A DNA stretch of 58,887 bases, filler included, from Platydemus manokwari (taxonomy: Eukaryota), in the NCBI GenBank assembly GCA_037951405.1. It is 5 parts of 5 records of this genome, joined end to end, with 100 filler letters (N's around TTAATTAATTAA, not from the genome) between each part and the next. Parts side by side here need not be neighbours in the genome. Positions count along the whole stretch, not along the records: positions 10,979 to 20,621 come from JBBMOY011222988.1; positions 20,722 to 37,745 come from JBBMOY011124774.1; 3 more parts are not named here. One strand, written 5' to 3'. Every line of letters begins with the position of its first letter. Positions within the stretch are counted from its first letter, which is position 1. The position numbers and the translations under genes were made by a program. Under the pieces are notes generated by a model. That model searched no databases, was not told the origin of the DNA, and saw nothing but the letters and a program-made list of their open reading frames with translations. Shown here in pieces: positions 12,858 through 25,400 of this stretch.

Positions 12858-14542
12858 CTATTATAAATTTTGCAAAAGATCCCATCGGCCTGTGACTTGT
12901 GGACTTTTTCGCAATCGCTCTAGAATACTTCTTTCCGGAAACGTTACTTCTGGTCGTTGCATGACTAATACTAGATTTTGTTGAATACTTTCGATACTTC
13001 ATTGCGTCAGTATGCTTATGATATCGGGGGATGTCTACAAAATCCCCAGCTCCTGCATAGCTGAAGGATAAATTATCGTGACCTTGCCGATAATCGTATT
13101 TCAAGCTGACTGATCGAGGAATGTTCAAGTTGTCTTTATTCTTAGAAAGCGGAATATTATATCCTATTTGTAAATCACTTTTGGCACTACTCTTTCTATT
13201 TCCAAATTTAATAAAACGCTTGGCATTCTCGCTATTTTCACTTCCAGCAGTCGATGGAATTGAATGTTTATAGTGGGTTTTTGAATGATCACTCGTTGAT
13301 GGGACATTCAAGCTAATATGTGGAATGTTCAGTTCAGCTTTAGAACTTTTTTTTCTATGAACACCACGATAAGAATATTTCACATAATGTCTGTTATGGT
13401 TGTGATTATGCAAATTGGCGTGGTCATAACCAGTAGTGAATGGAAATGATGCTTTCACACCAGAACTGTCGTCGGTTGAAGCATCTATTGGATGGAAATG
13501 TGGACTTAGATATTCATTTTTCGAACTCCCTTTTCCAGTTCCGGATGATTTTGTAGTAGAAACACTGTTTTGGTGTGGAAGTTTCAATTCATTTTTCGAA
13601 CTATTTTTACTGTCGAGTGGTGGCTGATTGAATTGGACGTAAAGTTCAACGTTGCCATCTTCATCGTAACTCAAATTATCGAATCCACCAATCGATGGAA
13701 TAGATATACGAACATCGGGTTTCCAATTATCGTCAGTTGGATTCGAAATTGTAATTTCTGGATTTGCACTTGCTTTATGCTTTTTCAAAGACATCTTTTT
13801 CTTGACATACAATAAACGTGAGATAACGGTTACCAAAATGTAAGCAAGATAGATCAATAGGAATACTAGGATAAATAAATAAATATATAAATAACTACAA
13901 AAGTAAATAAATTAATAAAATAAAATATTAAAAAAATATAATATATTAATGATATTGAAAGATTACATTTAGGCGATTGAAAGCTAAATTTAAATTTCTT
14001 TTTGTTTTAAATAAGGAATAACAATAAACAATTTTTAAACTGGCTAATTCAAAACAATCTTTTATTAAATAAATTTGTTAGTTTACTAAATTATAATTCT
14101 AATCAAGAAAATCTTTAAAATTAATCATAAAAGAAACTTAAATACTTGGAGTGGGTTTATTTCCGTTTATCACATTAATTTATCGACACCATTGTATTAT
14201 ATATTACAAATTGAACATACTTATTGATGACCACAATTCGATTTGCCTTCTTATAAAAATGACCATCACCCACAAAAGACCAGCGAAATAGAAAATTACG
14301 TCTTTCATAATTGGCCTGTGCATCAATTCAAAATTAACAAGAATAACGATTATCCCGGCTGTTATTGAATTTACAAATATACCACCGCCTGAAAATAATA
14401 AATAAATATCAATAATTTACTTCTTATTACCTATAACAGATCCAAATGATAAGCCCACATTAGGAGTCGGTCCTGATGTTACTGCCGATAAAGAGCTAAA
14501 CACATCCGGTGCTCCATTCCCAAGGGCTAATAAAGTGACACC
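12858..14542 (-). CDS. SLC8B1: Cation/Ca2+ exchanger, NCLX/CCX type; partial gene with exons 14542-14431, 14388-14221 and 13865-12858
   Basis: The spliced translation gives the alpha-1 repeat GVTLLALGNGAPDVFSSLSAV, then GGGIFVNSITAGIIVIL, PIMKDVIFYFAGLLWV and IFLLIYLAYILVTVISR, followed by a long hydrophilic loop (ORF 12838-13857). GT-AG introns are phase-consistent. The 5' exons and the alpha-2 half were not found. Confidence 0.85.
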
Positions 14543-14979
14543 CTAAAAAGAATTTATTCAAATCACATTATTCTTAGCATTTCGTTGATACCAAAGGAAT
14601 TTTTATTTATATTGCTCTGCATTTATTAAGGAATTATTATTAAACAACAAATTTTTGCGTAAAGGTGAAATTCAAATCACAGAATTAAAAATTGTTATAC
14701 TCAAGCAACAAAATTTCCATCAATATTAAATATTTGGAAATTTTCTATCATTTTAAAAATATCTTTACTTTTCCTGCAAAATTCGACGAATTTATGATAT
14801 TTTCTAATAGAATCCACTAATCAATATCTCAAAATTTCCATATTCTAGCCAGACGACAATCGATCTCAAACTCAAGAATATATGAAACAATTTTAGAGAC
14901 CGTAAAGGTGCTTTTTTCTTTACCAAGCATGTTCTTTAATGAATAATTGTGTAAAATATTATAGTAATAATAAATATTT

Positions 14980-15250
14980 ATCTTTTATTGGTAAACGAAT
15001 TTGAAGAAACAGCTTCACATATATTAATAAACATCAATCAAGAAGTCGTCAGTAAATGCTATTCAAGCTTCAGGAAACGATGCAACCTCTGTTTGGAGCA
15101 AGATGGTGAACATTTTGAACAGTTTACCGTTGTTTATTCTTACTGTTATTGTGTTTTGTTTTGCGTTAAACTAACTCAATACATTTGATTTGTTTTTAGT
15201 GTTGTTTTATTTTATTTTTAGAGACTGGGACTCATGAATCGCACGATATA
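14980..15250 (+). mobile_element. C-terminal fragment of a Tc1/mariner-superfamily transposase
   Basis: INQEVVSKCYSSFRKRCNLCLEQDGEHFEQ matches the typical R...C....G.HFE terminus of these transposases. Confidence 0.7.
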
Positions 15251-16414
15251 TAACGATTATTGATTGTACTGACCATTTAAAATATAGAATAATGATAATA
15301 TATGAAAAAATTTCAGGCAGTTCACATCAAATATAGAAGAATAAATCATTTTGGTTTAAAAAAGTAGCTTGTCAAATTTTTCATAAAATATTCAAAGATC
15401 ACCGCGGAACAATTGGGTTGTCAGGTTGTGCCTCATCAAATGAGTATTTTTTTGAAAAAAATTTCGATTTGTTGGATGTAAAGAATTGCTCAAAAATTAA
15501 GATTTATAAAATTGACTTACGTTATAACGAATGTCAAAATGGAATACAGTACAATCTTGGTTACCACGTAAATAAGAAAGAAAATAGTTTCGATTGAATT
15601 GAATGATAAAGTGAATCTAGAACACTATGGTGATGATTATGATCGGAGATGTTTTATTTTAAATTTAAGATTCAAGCTGATAAAAAGATTTTAAAAAATT
15701 AAAATACATTTAAAAAGAACTTCAAAAAAATTTAAAATACACTTACATCAATACGTCACTTGATTGGATTCTCTTGAATTGATGGTGTTTAATATAAATT
15801 ATTATGTACAAGATTATAATTATAAATATTCCACTGAAATTTACAAATATTAGTGAATAAATTTATTGGTTATCTGTGGTGATGGTTTCAATTAATAGAT
15901 ATATTATCGAAAATTATATAATTTAATAATATAATATAATAACTTCAATCGTAATAACATAACGTAATAACAATATAATAACAAACATATCATTATAATC
16001 GCGGGTCTATTTATACTTGAAATATTTCAATGAAAGATTTAAGAAATTTAACTTTATATCGAGATTAATGAAGAACATTCTCGTTAAAATTGTTATGTAA
16101 TTTTTCATTTAATCTCTTATCGTGCTTTGTAATTCTTACAATCATATTTCAGAAACAACCACAATAATCGTATTGTATTAAAAATTAAAACTCGACTGAG
16201 ATAAAATATAAATCAATTAAAAAGTTCTGTGATGAAACAGTGGATTATCAGATAAAATTTTAATCAAATTCACTAAAAAATTATTATGGGAAGTTGTTCT
16301 AAATATTCACAAGACAGTTGATGAATAATTTTACAAAATTCATATCATATTGATAAGTTTAATAACGATAAAAACCAGCATCAATTTATTCGATTCAATA
16401 AATAGAATGATAAC

Positions 16415-16975
16415 TGTAAGCTCCTACTATTTTTATCAAGCACATGTCTTTCTCAGAATATAATCCAAATGCGTGGTCAATATGTAAGCCTCTACTAATT
16501 TATCAAGCTTGCATTGAAAAAAAACTTAAGTCACGACATCAAATTATCGATTTAAAAACAAATTTTAAACAAATTAATACCTTTCAAATTAAAATTTTTA
16601 AATCTTTAAAATGTTGTATTGCAGCTTATTTCTCTATCGAATTCTCCACATATTTACCAAAATTAAAATTTCTATTTCTTCTTTCTTCTTTAAATCTTTT
16701 CTATTTTTTATATATTTTTCATAAATGTTCTATCCGTCCTTTCTATATCTTTTATACATCTGTTCTATATCTTCCTCCTCTTCTATATTTCCATGCCATA
16801 GACTTTCTGATTATCGAATCAAAATACGTAATCACCACGTAAGCCTCTACTATTTTATCAAGTCTGCATTGAAAACGAACTGAAAAGTCACGATATCAAA
16901 TTATCAAATTAAAAGCACTTATTTGAACAAAAAAATATTCTTTAAATTAAATTATTTTAAATCCTAACAATCACA
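16415..16975 (+). repeat. Cluster of three direct copies or fragments of the TGTAAG family (starts at 16415, 16483 and 16838)
   Basis: Repeated GTAAGCCTCTACTA.TTTATCAAG, followed in the second and third copies by TGCATTGAAAA...AAGTCACGA.ATCAAATTATC. Confidence 0.75.
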
Positions 16976-18477
16976 AATATGAAGTTTTTGAAATTCATCA
17001 CATCAAACAAATCTATAAAAATGAATCTTTTAATATTAAATAAAATTGTCATTGGTTTTAATTGCCTCAAATCATCAAAACCTGTCATTCGAAAGGAAAA
17101 GTTGAATGAGCTCAATTTGTTCCCTCATTGAGCGATATCGCAACCATTGACCGTTTATAAATCTTAAAAATGAAAAAAAAAACGAATCAAATGATTTATC
17201 AATTGTCCGCCAGACTCATTTATCTATAATATATTTTTTGGATATGAGAGAGATATTTCTTTTCTTGTGAGGGAATTGTCACTGATCGATCATTATTCAA
17301 CCGATAGATGTTAATTATTTTTAAGGGAATTATATTATCATATATTATCATTATACCACTTCAAGTTATTAGTTAAATGAGTTATTAGTTCAACTGGGAC
17401 TCACAACCGATCAATGAAAATTTATGAGAGCAACTCGTCGAATATCAGAAAACACGCGACAAAATGAATGATTATTAGAAAATAATTATGAAATATTTCC
17501 ATATTTTTCACGTAATCATATTTGATATTAATGTGAACTTAATAAAATAATTGATTGGTGGCAGATATATTCAGAAATATTTCAAAAAACAAAACAAGAT
17601 CGATCAATGTATTTAAAATTTTCTGCAGACACACCCACACATCGCACGTATCTGAATTAGCTTCAACAAGGCGACAAAGTGTCCAGAAAATATTTTACAG
17701 CTTAAAAGCGTGCTTGGTGGTGGTTCTTTGTTGAATTATTTAGTGAACATGAAGCAATGTTTTTCAAATTAGAATGCAATATAAAAGGAAATTGCAATAA
17801 ATCAAACTTATCAAGCAATTTACTCTAGGGAAAAATTTTAAATATGGCTCCAAATTTCTAATCCGGAAACATCTCGCTGTATGAGTTAATTAATAATTGG
17901 AGTGTGTGTGTGATAATATAGAACATAAAGATTGTAAGCATTATATTCATACAAATTGAAAAATATTTAAAAATAACTGTAGATTTCGATAATCATTCGT
18001 TATTTTGACTTTATCTTCCAGACCAACTATTTTATTTATACTTCTATATCGTTGAACTATCTATTATTTAAATAGAATTGAAGCGATAACATTCGAATTC
18101 TCTTAGCAAAAATAGAATTCATTTGGAGGTATTATTGAAGAGATATCTCACTTTGTTAGAAAATAACATAGACGAATCTCATAAAAGTTTCATTGAAACC
18201 CATATTTCAGAAAATGTTCTGCTTTATCATTTCTACTAGCTGATAATTCATTGTTGCCATGTTTACAAATCATATCAAAGAAATCAGCATATATATTTTG
18301 CTGTATGTTTAAGCAAAAGTTTAATTTCCATTTTCGATCACGACAATTCAGTATTCTCAAAAATTATCCTAACATCATAATCTAGTAATGCATTATATGA
18401 TATTATATTTTAATTTGTTGAATCAATATCGATTATGATATTAATTATTTCAAATAATCCAACAAATAATATGAATA

Positions 18478-19395
18478 CAGTCGGACCACGTACACTATCG
18501 GTTTTTGGGGCAAAAATTTTAAAAAGTCGATTTTTCTATTCTGTCGTGATTTCAAGGAACCTCAGTTTGTGTCATTTATGAAAAAAATATTATAATTATA
18601 TTTTGGTGTTTTTTGAATTTATACTGGTTAAAAATAATGTATTTTTTGAATTGTTTTATAAAGCATGAAGAAACTCACTTATGATGACAGGTTACAAATT
18701 GCAAAATTTCTCAAACAAGGAAAGATGTCAGAAAGGAAGCTTTGTATTAAGTATAAAACTAGTAAAGAAACTATTTCAATGACGAAGAAATTACAAACGA
18801 TGTTGAAATTTCGGATGTTTTAAAACAATTAGTAAAATTAAAGGAAAATATTCGAGTATTTAGTTCGGATTATTTAAAAGAATTTTATGCATTCAGAGAA
18901 AACACTTTTGAATGATATTAGAAAAGTTCGTTGTTAGCTGCTACTGTTTTATAAAAAAACGCATCGAAAACGAACTGAAGCTACTCGACATTCAATTCTA
19001 TTTTAAAGACAATTATTTAAACAATTAAAGAAAATTTAATTTCAAATTAAATTCAATATAAATTTAAATTCAATGAAAATTTAAATTCAATATAAAATTA
19101 AATTCAATGAAAATTTAAATTCAATATAAAATTAAATTCAATTTAAAATCAAATTCAATACAACATTAAATTCAATATAAAACTTAATTCAATATAAATT
19201 AATTTCTATACTAATTCAAATTGAATTCAATTTGATATTCTCACAATCGTGAAATGAAAACTGCCGATTTTTTGATTAAAAAAATAAATGCCTTTATCAT
19301 GAAACTTATTTATTTTACACCTAAAGTCCTTTGTTAATGTTTACCCCCAAATGTTTACTTCATCAAAAATGGTTCCTCAAATCGGAGTCCGACTG
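18478..19395 (+). mobile_element. Internally deleted pogo/Tigger-type DNA transposon
   Basis: Termini are TA|CAGTCGGAC...GTCCGACTG|TA. ORF 18665-18823 (MKKLTYDDRLQIAKFLKQGKMSERKLCIKYKTSKETIS) is a CENP-B/psq-type HTH. The DDE domain is absent. Confidence 0.85.
18932..19245 (+). repeat. TGTAAG-family element with an expanded 17-bp internal tandem array, nested in the pogo element
   Basis: TGTTAG...TTCTCACA flanked by TTCGT/ATCGT, with internal (AAATTCAATATAAAATT)n at about 19040-19230. Confidence 0.8.
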
Positions 19396-20929
19396 TAGTA
19401 ATTTATTCAAATTTATTGATAATTAATTACTTTTTAAGAATAATAATAATAATCTATCGATAATCATTCAATTATATATTTTAAATTAAAAAAATATATT
19501 TTAATTCGTTCATTAATTATTTAAAATATATTCTCAGAATCAACATGATTTGGAGAACATTTGAAACGACAGATGTACATCATCTATCAAAAACTGACCG
19601 AAATATTTGAAAATCTCAAATCTATACTTTAATGAATTAAAAATATTTTTACTAAACAGTATTATCGATATAATTCATTCAATAACTTCAATATTTCTTA
19701 TCAATGCCAATATTTTCATGGACAAAATCCTCACCCAAAACAACAATCATTAACTTGAGTCGATTTTATCTTATAAAAAACACAAAACCAAAATTATATC
19801 TTATCAATATAAAAGTTATGAAAATTGCATTTCATGATTAAAAAGTAATTTTAAACAAATCAATTCCACTAGGAATGGTGGAGATATTTTTGGACAGTTT
19901 CAGATAATTTTAGAATTATTGATTCAACAGTAAATTCAACAACAAACAACGCAAAAAAAATCTTTCTAATAATTACAACAAATAGAAATGCATTAGAATA
20001 ATTATTAATGGGTTTTTAAGAAATGTTGTCTCTAATTTTTGAAATATTTCTTTCAAATAAAAGAAAATTACAATTTTTTTATCAATTTTTCAGATGAATC
20101 CATAATACAAGTGAGGAGAAACAGAATTGAAATAGCGTTAAAATATTTATGAATCATCATCATCATCACCATCGTCATTCTTGCAAAAAGGGAGAGAGGA
20201 TCGAAGACAATTTAAATTGCTGCATTGAATCGTATTTCTCATACTTTCTTTTCAAATCTGTCACTTTTCATAATCGATATCCTTATTCGCTTAAAATACA
20301 ACCCATGCTTCATGTTTATAAATGAATATTTTGATTGATTTGATCGACTGATCGAGATTATCAAACCAGTTTGTAGAAAGTAAACATGTCGTTTGTTGTA
20401 ATATAAAAAGTTTTGGCTAAAGAAAACCAACCTTGGAATGCTTAATATTTTTGTGATAAACTTTTAAATTTTAAACCTTCAAATATCTCTAAAAATCGAT
20501 AATATTCAAGGCTATCATGGAGAAATAAATGCGTTTTATCAAATTATATATATATTAGGTGTATAACCTTAAAATTTCGGTTTTTTTTGAAAAATATTTA
20601 TTTATTTAAAGTACATTTTGCNNNNNNNNNNNNNNNNNNNNNNNNNNNNNNNNNNNNNNNNNNNNTTAATTAATTAANNNNNNNNNNNNNNNNNNNNNNN
20701 NNNNNNNNNNNNNNNNNNNNNTGATATATTATACAGTTTGATTATATTATTAATTATTTATGTGTCAATGCATATCACCATTATAAATGGTAAAGCAAGC
20801 TTAAAATAAAAGTTATATTTGACATTTCCTACAATTACAAATTAAAATAATAAAAAACTGAAATTTAAATATTTGACATATGGAATACAACAAACTATAA
20901 ATTTGAATTGTCATTCAATGTTATTTTAA

Positions 20930-21350
20930 CGATCCTGGGTGACTAGTTTATGTAATGTGGCTATTAACCATTAGACAAATCGTGGATGTCATCAACTAAC
21001 GTGGTCCACAGTAAATTTCAGTGTACATCAAACATTATGTATATCATGTGATGCACCTACTTTAGCAGAGTTACTATAAATTTAACAATGAAAAATCACT
21101 TTGGAGATAATTATTTGCATTATGATTATGTGTAACGATATTTTCAAAAGGTGTTTGTTTGTTGATATATATATGCTAATTATTTGATGGTTAAAACAAT
21201 GTAATGTTCCATATGGAATTATTATTAAACTAAAGTTTTACTGATAACAATGGTGTTCATTGTCCTTGAACTATATGTCAAGTCCAAAGTTCTTAGTATA
21301 ACCACTAGTAGAGAAGTTTATAAAAGAGGTTCAAGATTGTTGATTGTTCA
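20930..21350 (+). mobile_element. Possible highly decayed Gypsy integrase fragment
   Basis: A *RGPQ segment (resembling SDRGPQF) and MVFIVLELYVKSKVLSITTSREVYK resemble the integrase core. The match is weak. Confidence 0.35.
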
Positions 21351-21521
21351 GCTTATTTGTCTGTTAAAGATTAAATTTCTTATAAGAACCTGATTTCTGA
21401 TTGTTTATATACACCATAAATTATTTATACATATTCTTAAATAATTAGTTGATTTTAAAATTGTTTTATATTTAATGTAGCCAAATTACTGCATAATTAC
21501 TAAATTATAATTTTAAGGAGT

Positions 21522-22316
21522 ATGGTTCGCAATATTTTTCACAGAATATTAATCTTATCATGGAAAAATTATAATTACGCCCTAGCATCTAAACCTCTTT
21601 TAACTCAATCATTAACCACGGGTAAAATTTATCATTTCATACTTTTTAGTGTAATTTTTAGGTGTAATAATGGCTTCTGGTGATGTAATTGCTCAGTTAA
21701 GTTTTGAGGATCTCAGTAAATATGATTTAAGAAGGAATATAAATTTTTTTATTATCGGCACTTTTATTATTGTTAGTCAACTTCATGATATTGATATTTA
21801 GCTTACTGTTACAGGGACCATGGTTGAGAATTTGGTATAACTTTGCAAATAAAAATATTACTGGCAGCCCAACTATAAAGGCAATTAAAATGGTCTGCAT
21901 TGATCAAGTAAAAACTTTTTTCTAGTGTTGCTATTAACTTTGAATGTTTTAGTCATGCATGGCACCATTACTCATTGGAACGTTTATTATAGTGTATGGT
22001 TTGTTCAATCGAGAAAGTGTTTTGGAAATCAAAAACAAACTTAAAAATGACTATACAAATATTTTAATCAATAATTACAAAGTAAATACCAAAATACTTT
22101 AAAAAGTACAATCAGGAATTTTATATTTAGATTTGGCCAGCAGCTCAAATGATAAACTTTTATTTCGTACCTATTCATTTTAGGTTAAATATATTTTGTT
22201 ATCAATATTTTCATTTTTGCAATTTCAGAGTTTTGTTTGTAAATGTTTTTTCGGTGATCTGGAATACTTATTTGTCCTTCGCTATTAATAAAAAGGACAA
22301 GATTGATGAACTTTGA
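21522..22316 (+). CDS. MPV17: Mpv17/PMP22-family mitochondrial inner membrane protein; 6 exons (21522-21621, 21662-21771, 21815-21907, 21953-22081, 22131-22183, 22229-22316)
   Basis: The spliced protein contains KPLLTQSLTTGVIMASGDVIAQ, GPWLRIWY, KMVCIDQSCMAP and NYKIWPAAQMINFYFVPIHFRVLFVNVFSVIWNTYLS, all hallmark Mpv17 motifs. All introns are GT-AG and about 40-50 nt. Confidence 0.95.
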
Positions 22317-22416
22317 AAAATTTTTAGAAATGAAATCGAGTATTTGTTTAAATAAATCAAAATCGACTTATTGTTATTTATCTTATTTACAAATAATTTG
22401 TTATTTGAAATTTAAA

Positions 22417-25400
22417 ATGAACTTCAGTGAATTAAATATCCTTTTGTTTCAATATATTAATATCATTTTTATGTTAAATAATAAAATTATTTTTTCATAA
22501 CTAATTTAAAATACTGATTAAATATCCATCGGTGTTTCCATATCAATTAGCAAATGAAATACAGATTGATTCTTTTCGCGATGTAAAAAAGGTTAATTTC
22601 GTATATAATATTATAAATCATATTAGGTGTACTATACGACTAAATCTATTGTTATTAAAGCACCCACTGGTTCTGGAAAGACCGTTATATTTGAAGTAGC
22701 GATTCTTAAATGTTTATTGGAACATCCAATAACTATTGAAAACTTTTTAATTATCTACGGTAGTTATTTTCATATTTTAGTATTTGTTGAATAATTTATT
22801 AAATTGTTGATATTAATAAATTTAATTGGGTTCTAGTTTTTGTGTGATTGAAAACTATTGATAGTAATACATTTGTATTATAGTTGCTCCATTAAAATCT
22901 CTATGTCATGAAAGATTCATATCTTGGCAAGAAAAGTTCAGAGATTTCAATATAAATGGAATCGAGCTGACCGGAGACATGGACATTGAATTTGATTTAT
23001 CTACAAATAAAATAATTTATACAACTCCCGTAAGATTGAATCACAAAATTGTTTTAGATCGGGAATCTATTTTTAGGAAAAAATGGATTCCATTACAAGA
23101 CGACGAGAATGCTTTAGTGCGAATTTTGATAACGTCAAACTCGTTTGTTTGGATGAAGTAAGTGAAACGAATAACCTAACTTATACGAATCATTACTCAT
23201 AGATCCATACAATAAATGACAATTCTAGAGGAGCAACATTAGAAATTGTTGTTACTCGATTGAAATACCTGACGAAAGGTCAAGCAAGATTCATAGCACT
23301 GTCTGCAACTATTGGGAATATGTTGGATGTATTTATAAATGTTTCTTATTTTACTTTTTAATATCATCAAACTTTAATGCTATAATAACTACTTACCGTG
23401 TGATTGACTATATATATATATATTCAATATTTATTTCATACATTTCCACTGTCAATAATTTATATGTTGTTTATCTAGTTCGTTGAATGGTTCTCAATTA
23501 AAGATAAGGATTGTTCTTCTTATGAGTAACTTTATATTATCTATTAATTGACAATTTAACAGTGTTTTAAAGAATGGCTGATCAGAATCGACCAGTCAAG
23601 TTATCCACTCATTTACTTGCATATCCAAAACCAAGTTGGAAATCTTGGTTTCAATTCGACAACATTCTTAATCACAAAATTCCAGACTTAATCTCTAAAT
23701 ATGCCGATAAGAAGCCTGTTTTAATTGTAAGAATAAAAGTCAATTAATTAAATAAATATATTTGAATGAAATATATAAATTATTAGTTTTAAAAATTACA
23801 AATCTTTTATTTATGTATAATATATTTTTGTTTATTTGTAAACAATAAATAGAATTCCTTCAAAGACGAAGTATTTATTTCAAACAAAATAGTTGGCACA
23901 GTCACTGTGGTGATTTGTTAAAATGGTCAAATGAGCGAATTTTGAAATAATCGATTCAAGATCCTGATCGTTACTGAAACATAAAAAGACTACTTATTGA
24001 AATTTTCAATGATTCAATAAAAAAATCAATATAGCACTTAATCTATTAAAAATATTGATTATTATTATTAAGGGTCTTGATTTAAGTCAAAATATCAATT
24101 ACGATTAAAATGCTTATTTTTGTTAAATAATATTTGATTTGGAATTCATGTTTCCCAATGTGTGTCTGAAGATATATTGAAAAATTTCCTCAGACAATAC
24201 GAACTCTATAAGCTACAAATTATTCAGATATTGCTCAAATGATTTTCATTTATTTTCTTCCTGACTGTATTCTTGTTTAATGAAATAATTTTCAGTTTTG
24301 TATGACCCGAAAAAGCGTTGAACAATTGGCTCGATTTTTAGTTGATCACATAACTTTTCATTTAATTCCTGACCAACTTCAGCAACTTGCCTTAATCAGT
24401 CAAAAGATATCAGATGAAAAATTAAGAGGCATAATTATTACCAATTTCATAAATTTTGTAATCATTCTTAATAAAGCTTGCGTAATTCGTGGTGTTGGAT
24501 ATCATCATGCTGGTATTTCTATGGAGGACAGACGAATAATTGAAAATACATATTTGACTGGTGTGTTACCAGTTTTAAGTAGTTTTATTTTCACATTTCA
24601 TTTTTATTTATGTTTCCTAGCATCTACTAGCACGTTAGCTATGGGTGTCAATCTACCTGCACATCTTGTCATTATTAAAGGAATACGTAATTGCAATATT
24701 GGTTCCGAAGAAATTTATTCACCAAATAAGATCTTACAAATGATTGGTCGAGCTGGAAGACCTGATGTTTGTCAATTTTATCATTATTATTTGTTGACGA
24801 CAATCGAAATATAGTTTGACTGCAAAGCGACCGCCATAGTCATGACAAGCTCTGATGACGAGGTGAGCAACAATTTAAATGGGTGAATGATAAACTATTT
24901 TTAGAAATATTTATATTGATAAAAACATGTATATTATTCGTTTGCAGTCCTTAGTTATTTAAGCCACTTTTATGTTAATGGTACATATGGTGATCGATAT
25001 TTTGCGTTTTTCAATATAGTTTCAGGATTAGTTTGATTTTGAGTCAAGTTATTTTCTTTTATTCGCAATATCTATCATGTTATTTAAACTGGATTATTTT
25101 TTAACATTATTTAAACGACATGGAATTTGAGCAATTTTCCAATACAGTATAAAATATACCTCAGTTTTGTATGTATAAAATTTTTATATAATTCTTTATA
25201 TTATTTTATATAATTGAATAAGTGAAAAACAAAGTTTGAAAAAGTCACGAAAATTTGAAAAAAAATTATTTTCAATGAAAATAACTTTTGAAAAATAAAT
25301 AGTTTCACTGAAATTGTTGTGACATTATAAAATGTGTAATTTGTTTTACATTTTTCTCTTATTGTACACGAATTACATGACAAGTCTTGTCTAAAATTCT

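Noticed and set aside
19040-19230. CRISPR-like periodicity
   Set aside because: These are head-to-tail 17-bp units with no unique spacers, in a eukaryotic context.
19540-19700. Tc1-like C-terminal remnant (EHLKRQMY)
   Set aside because: Too short and decayed to support.
20149-20330. Short poly-His ORF MNHHHHHHRHSC
   Set aside because: It is explained by a (CAT)n microsatellite, possibly a LINE tail on the minus strand, and has no gene structure.
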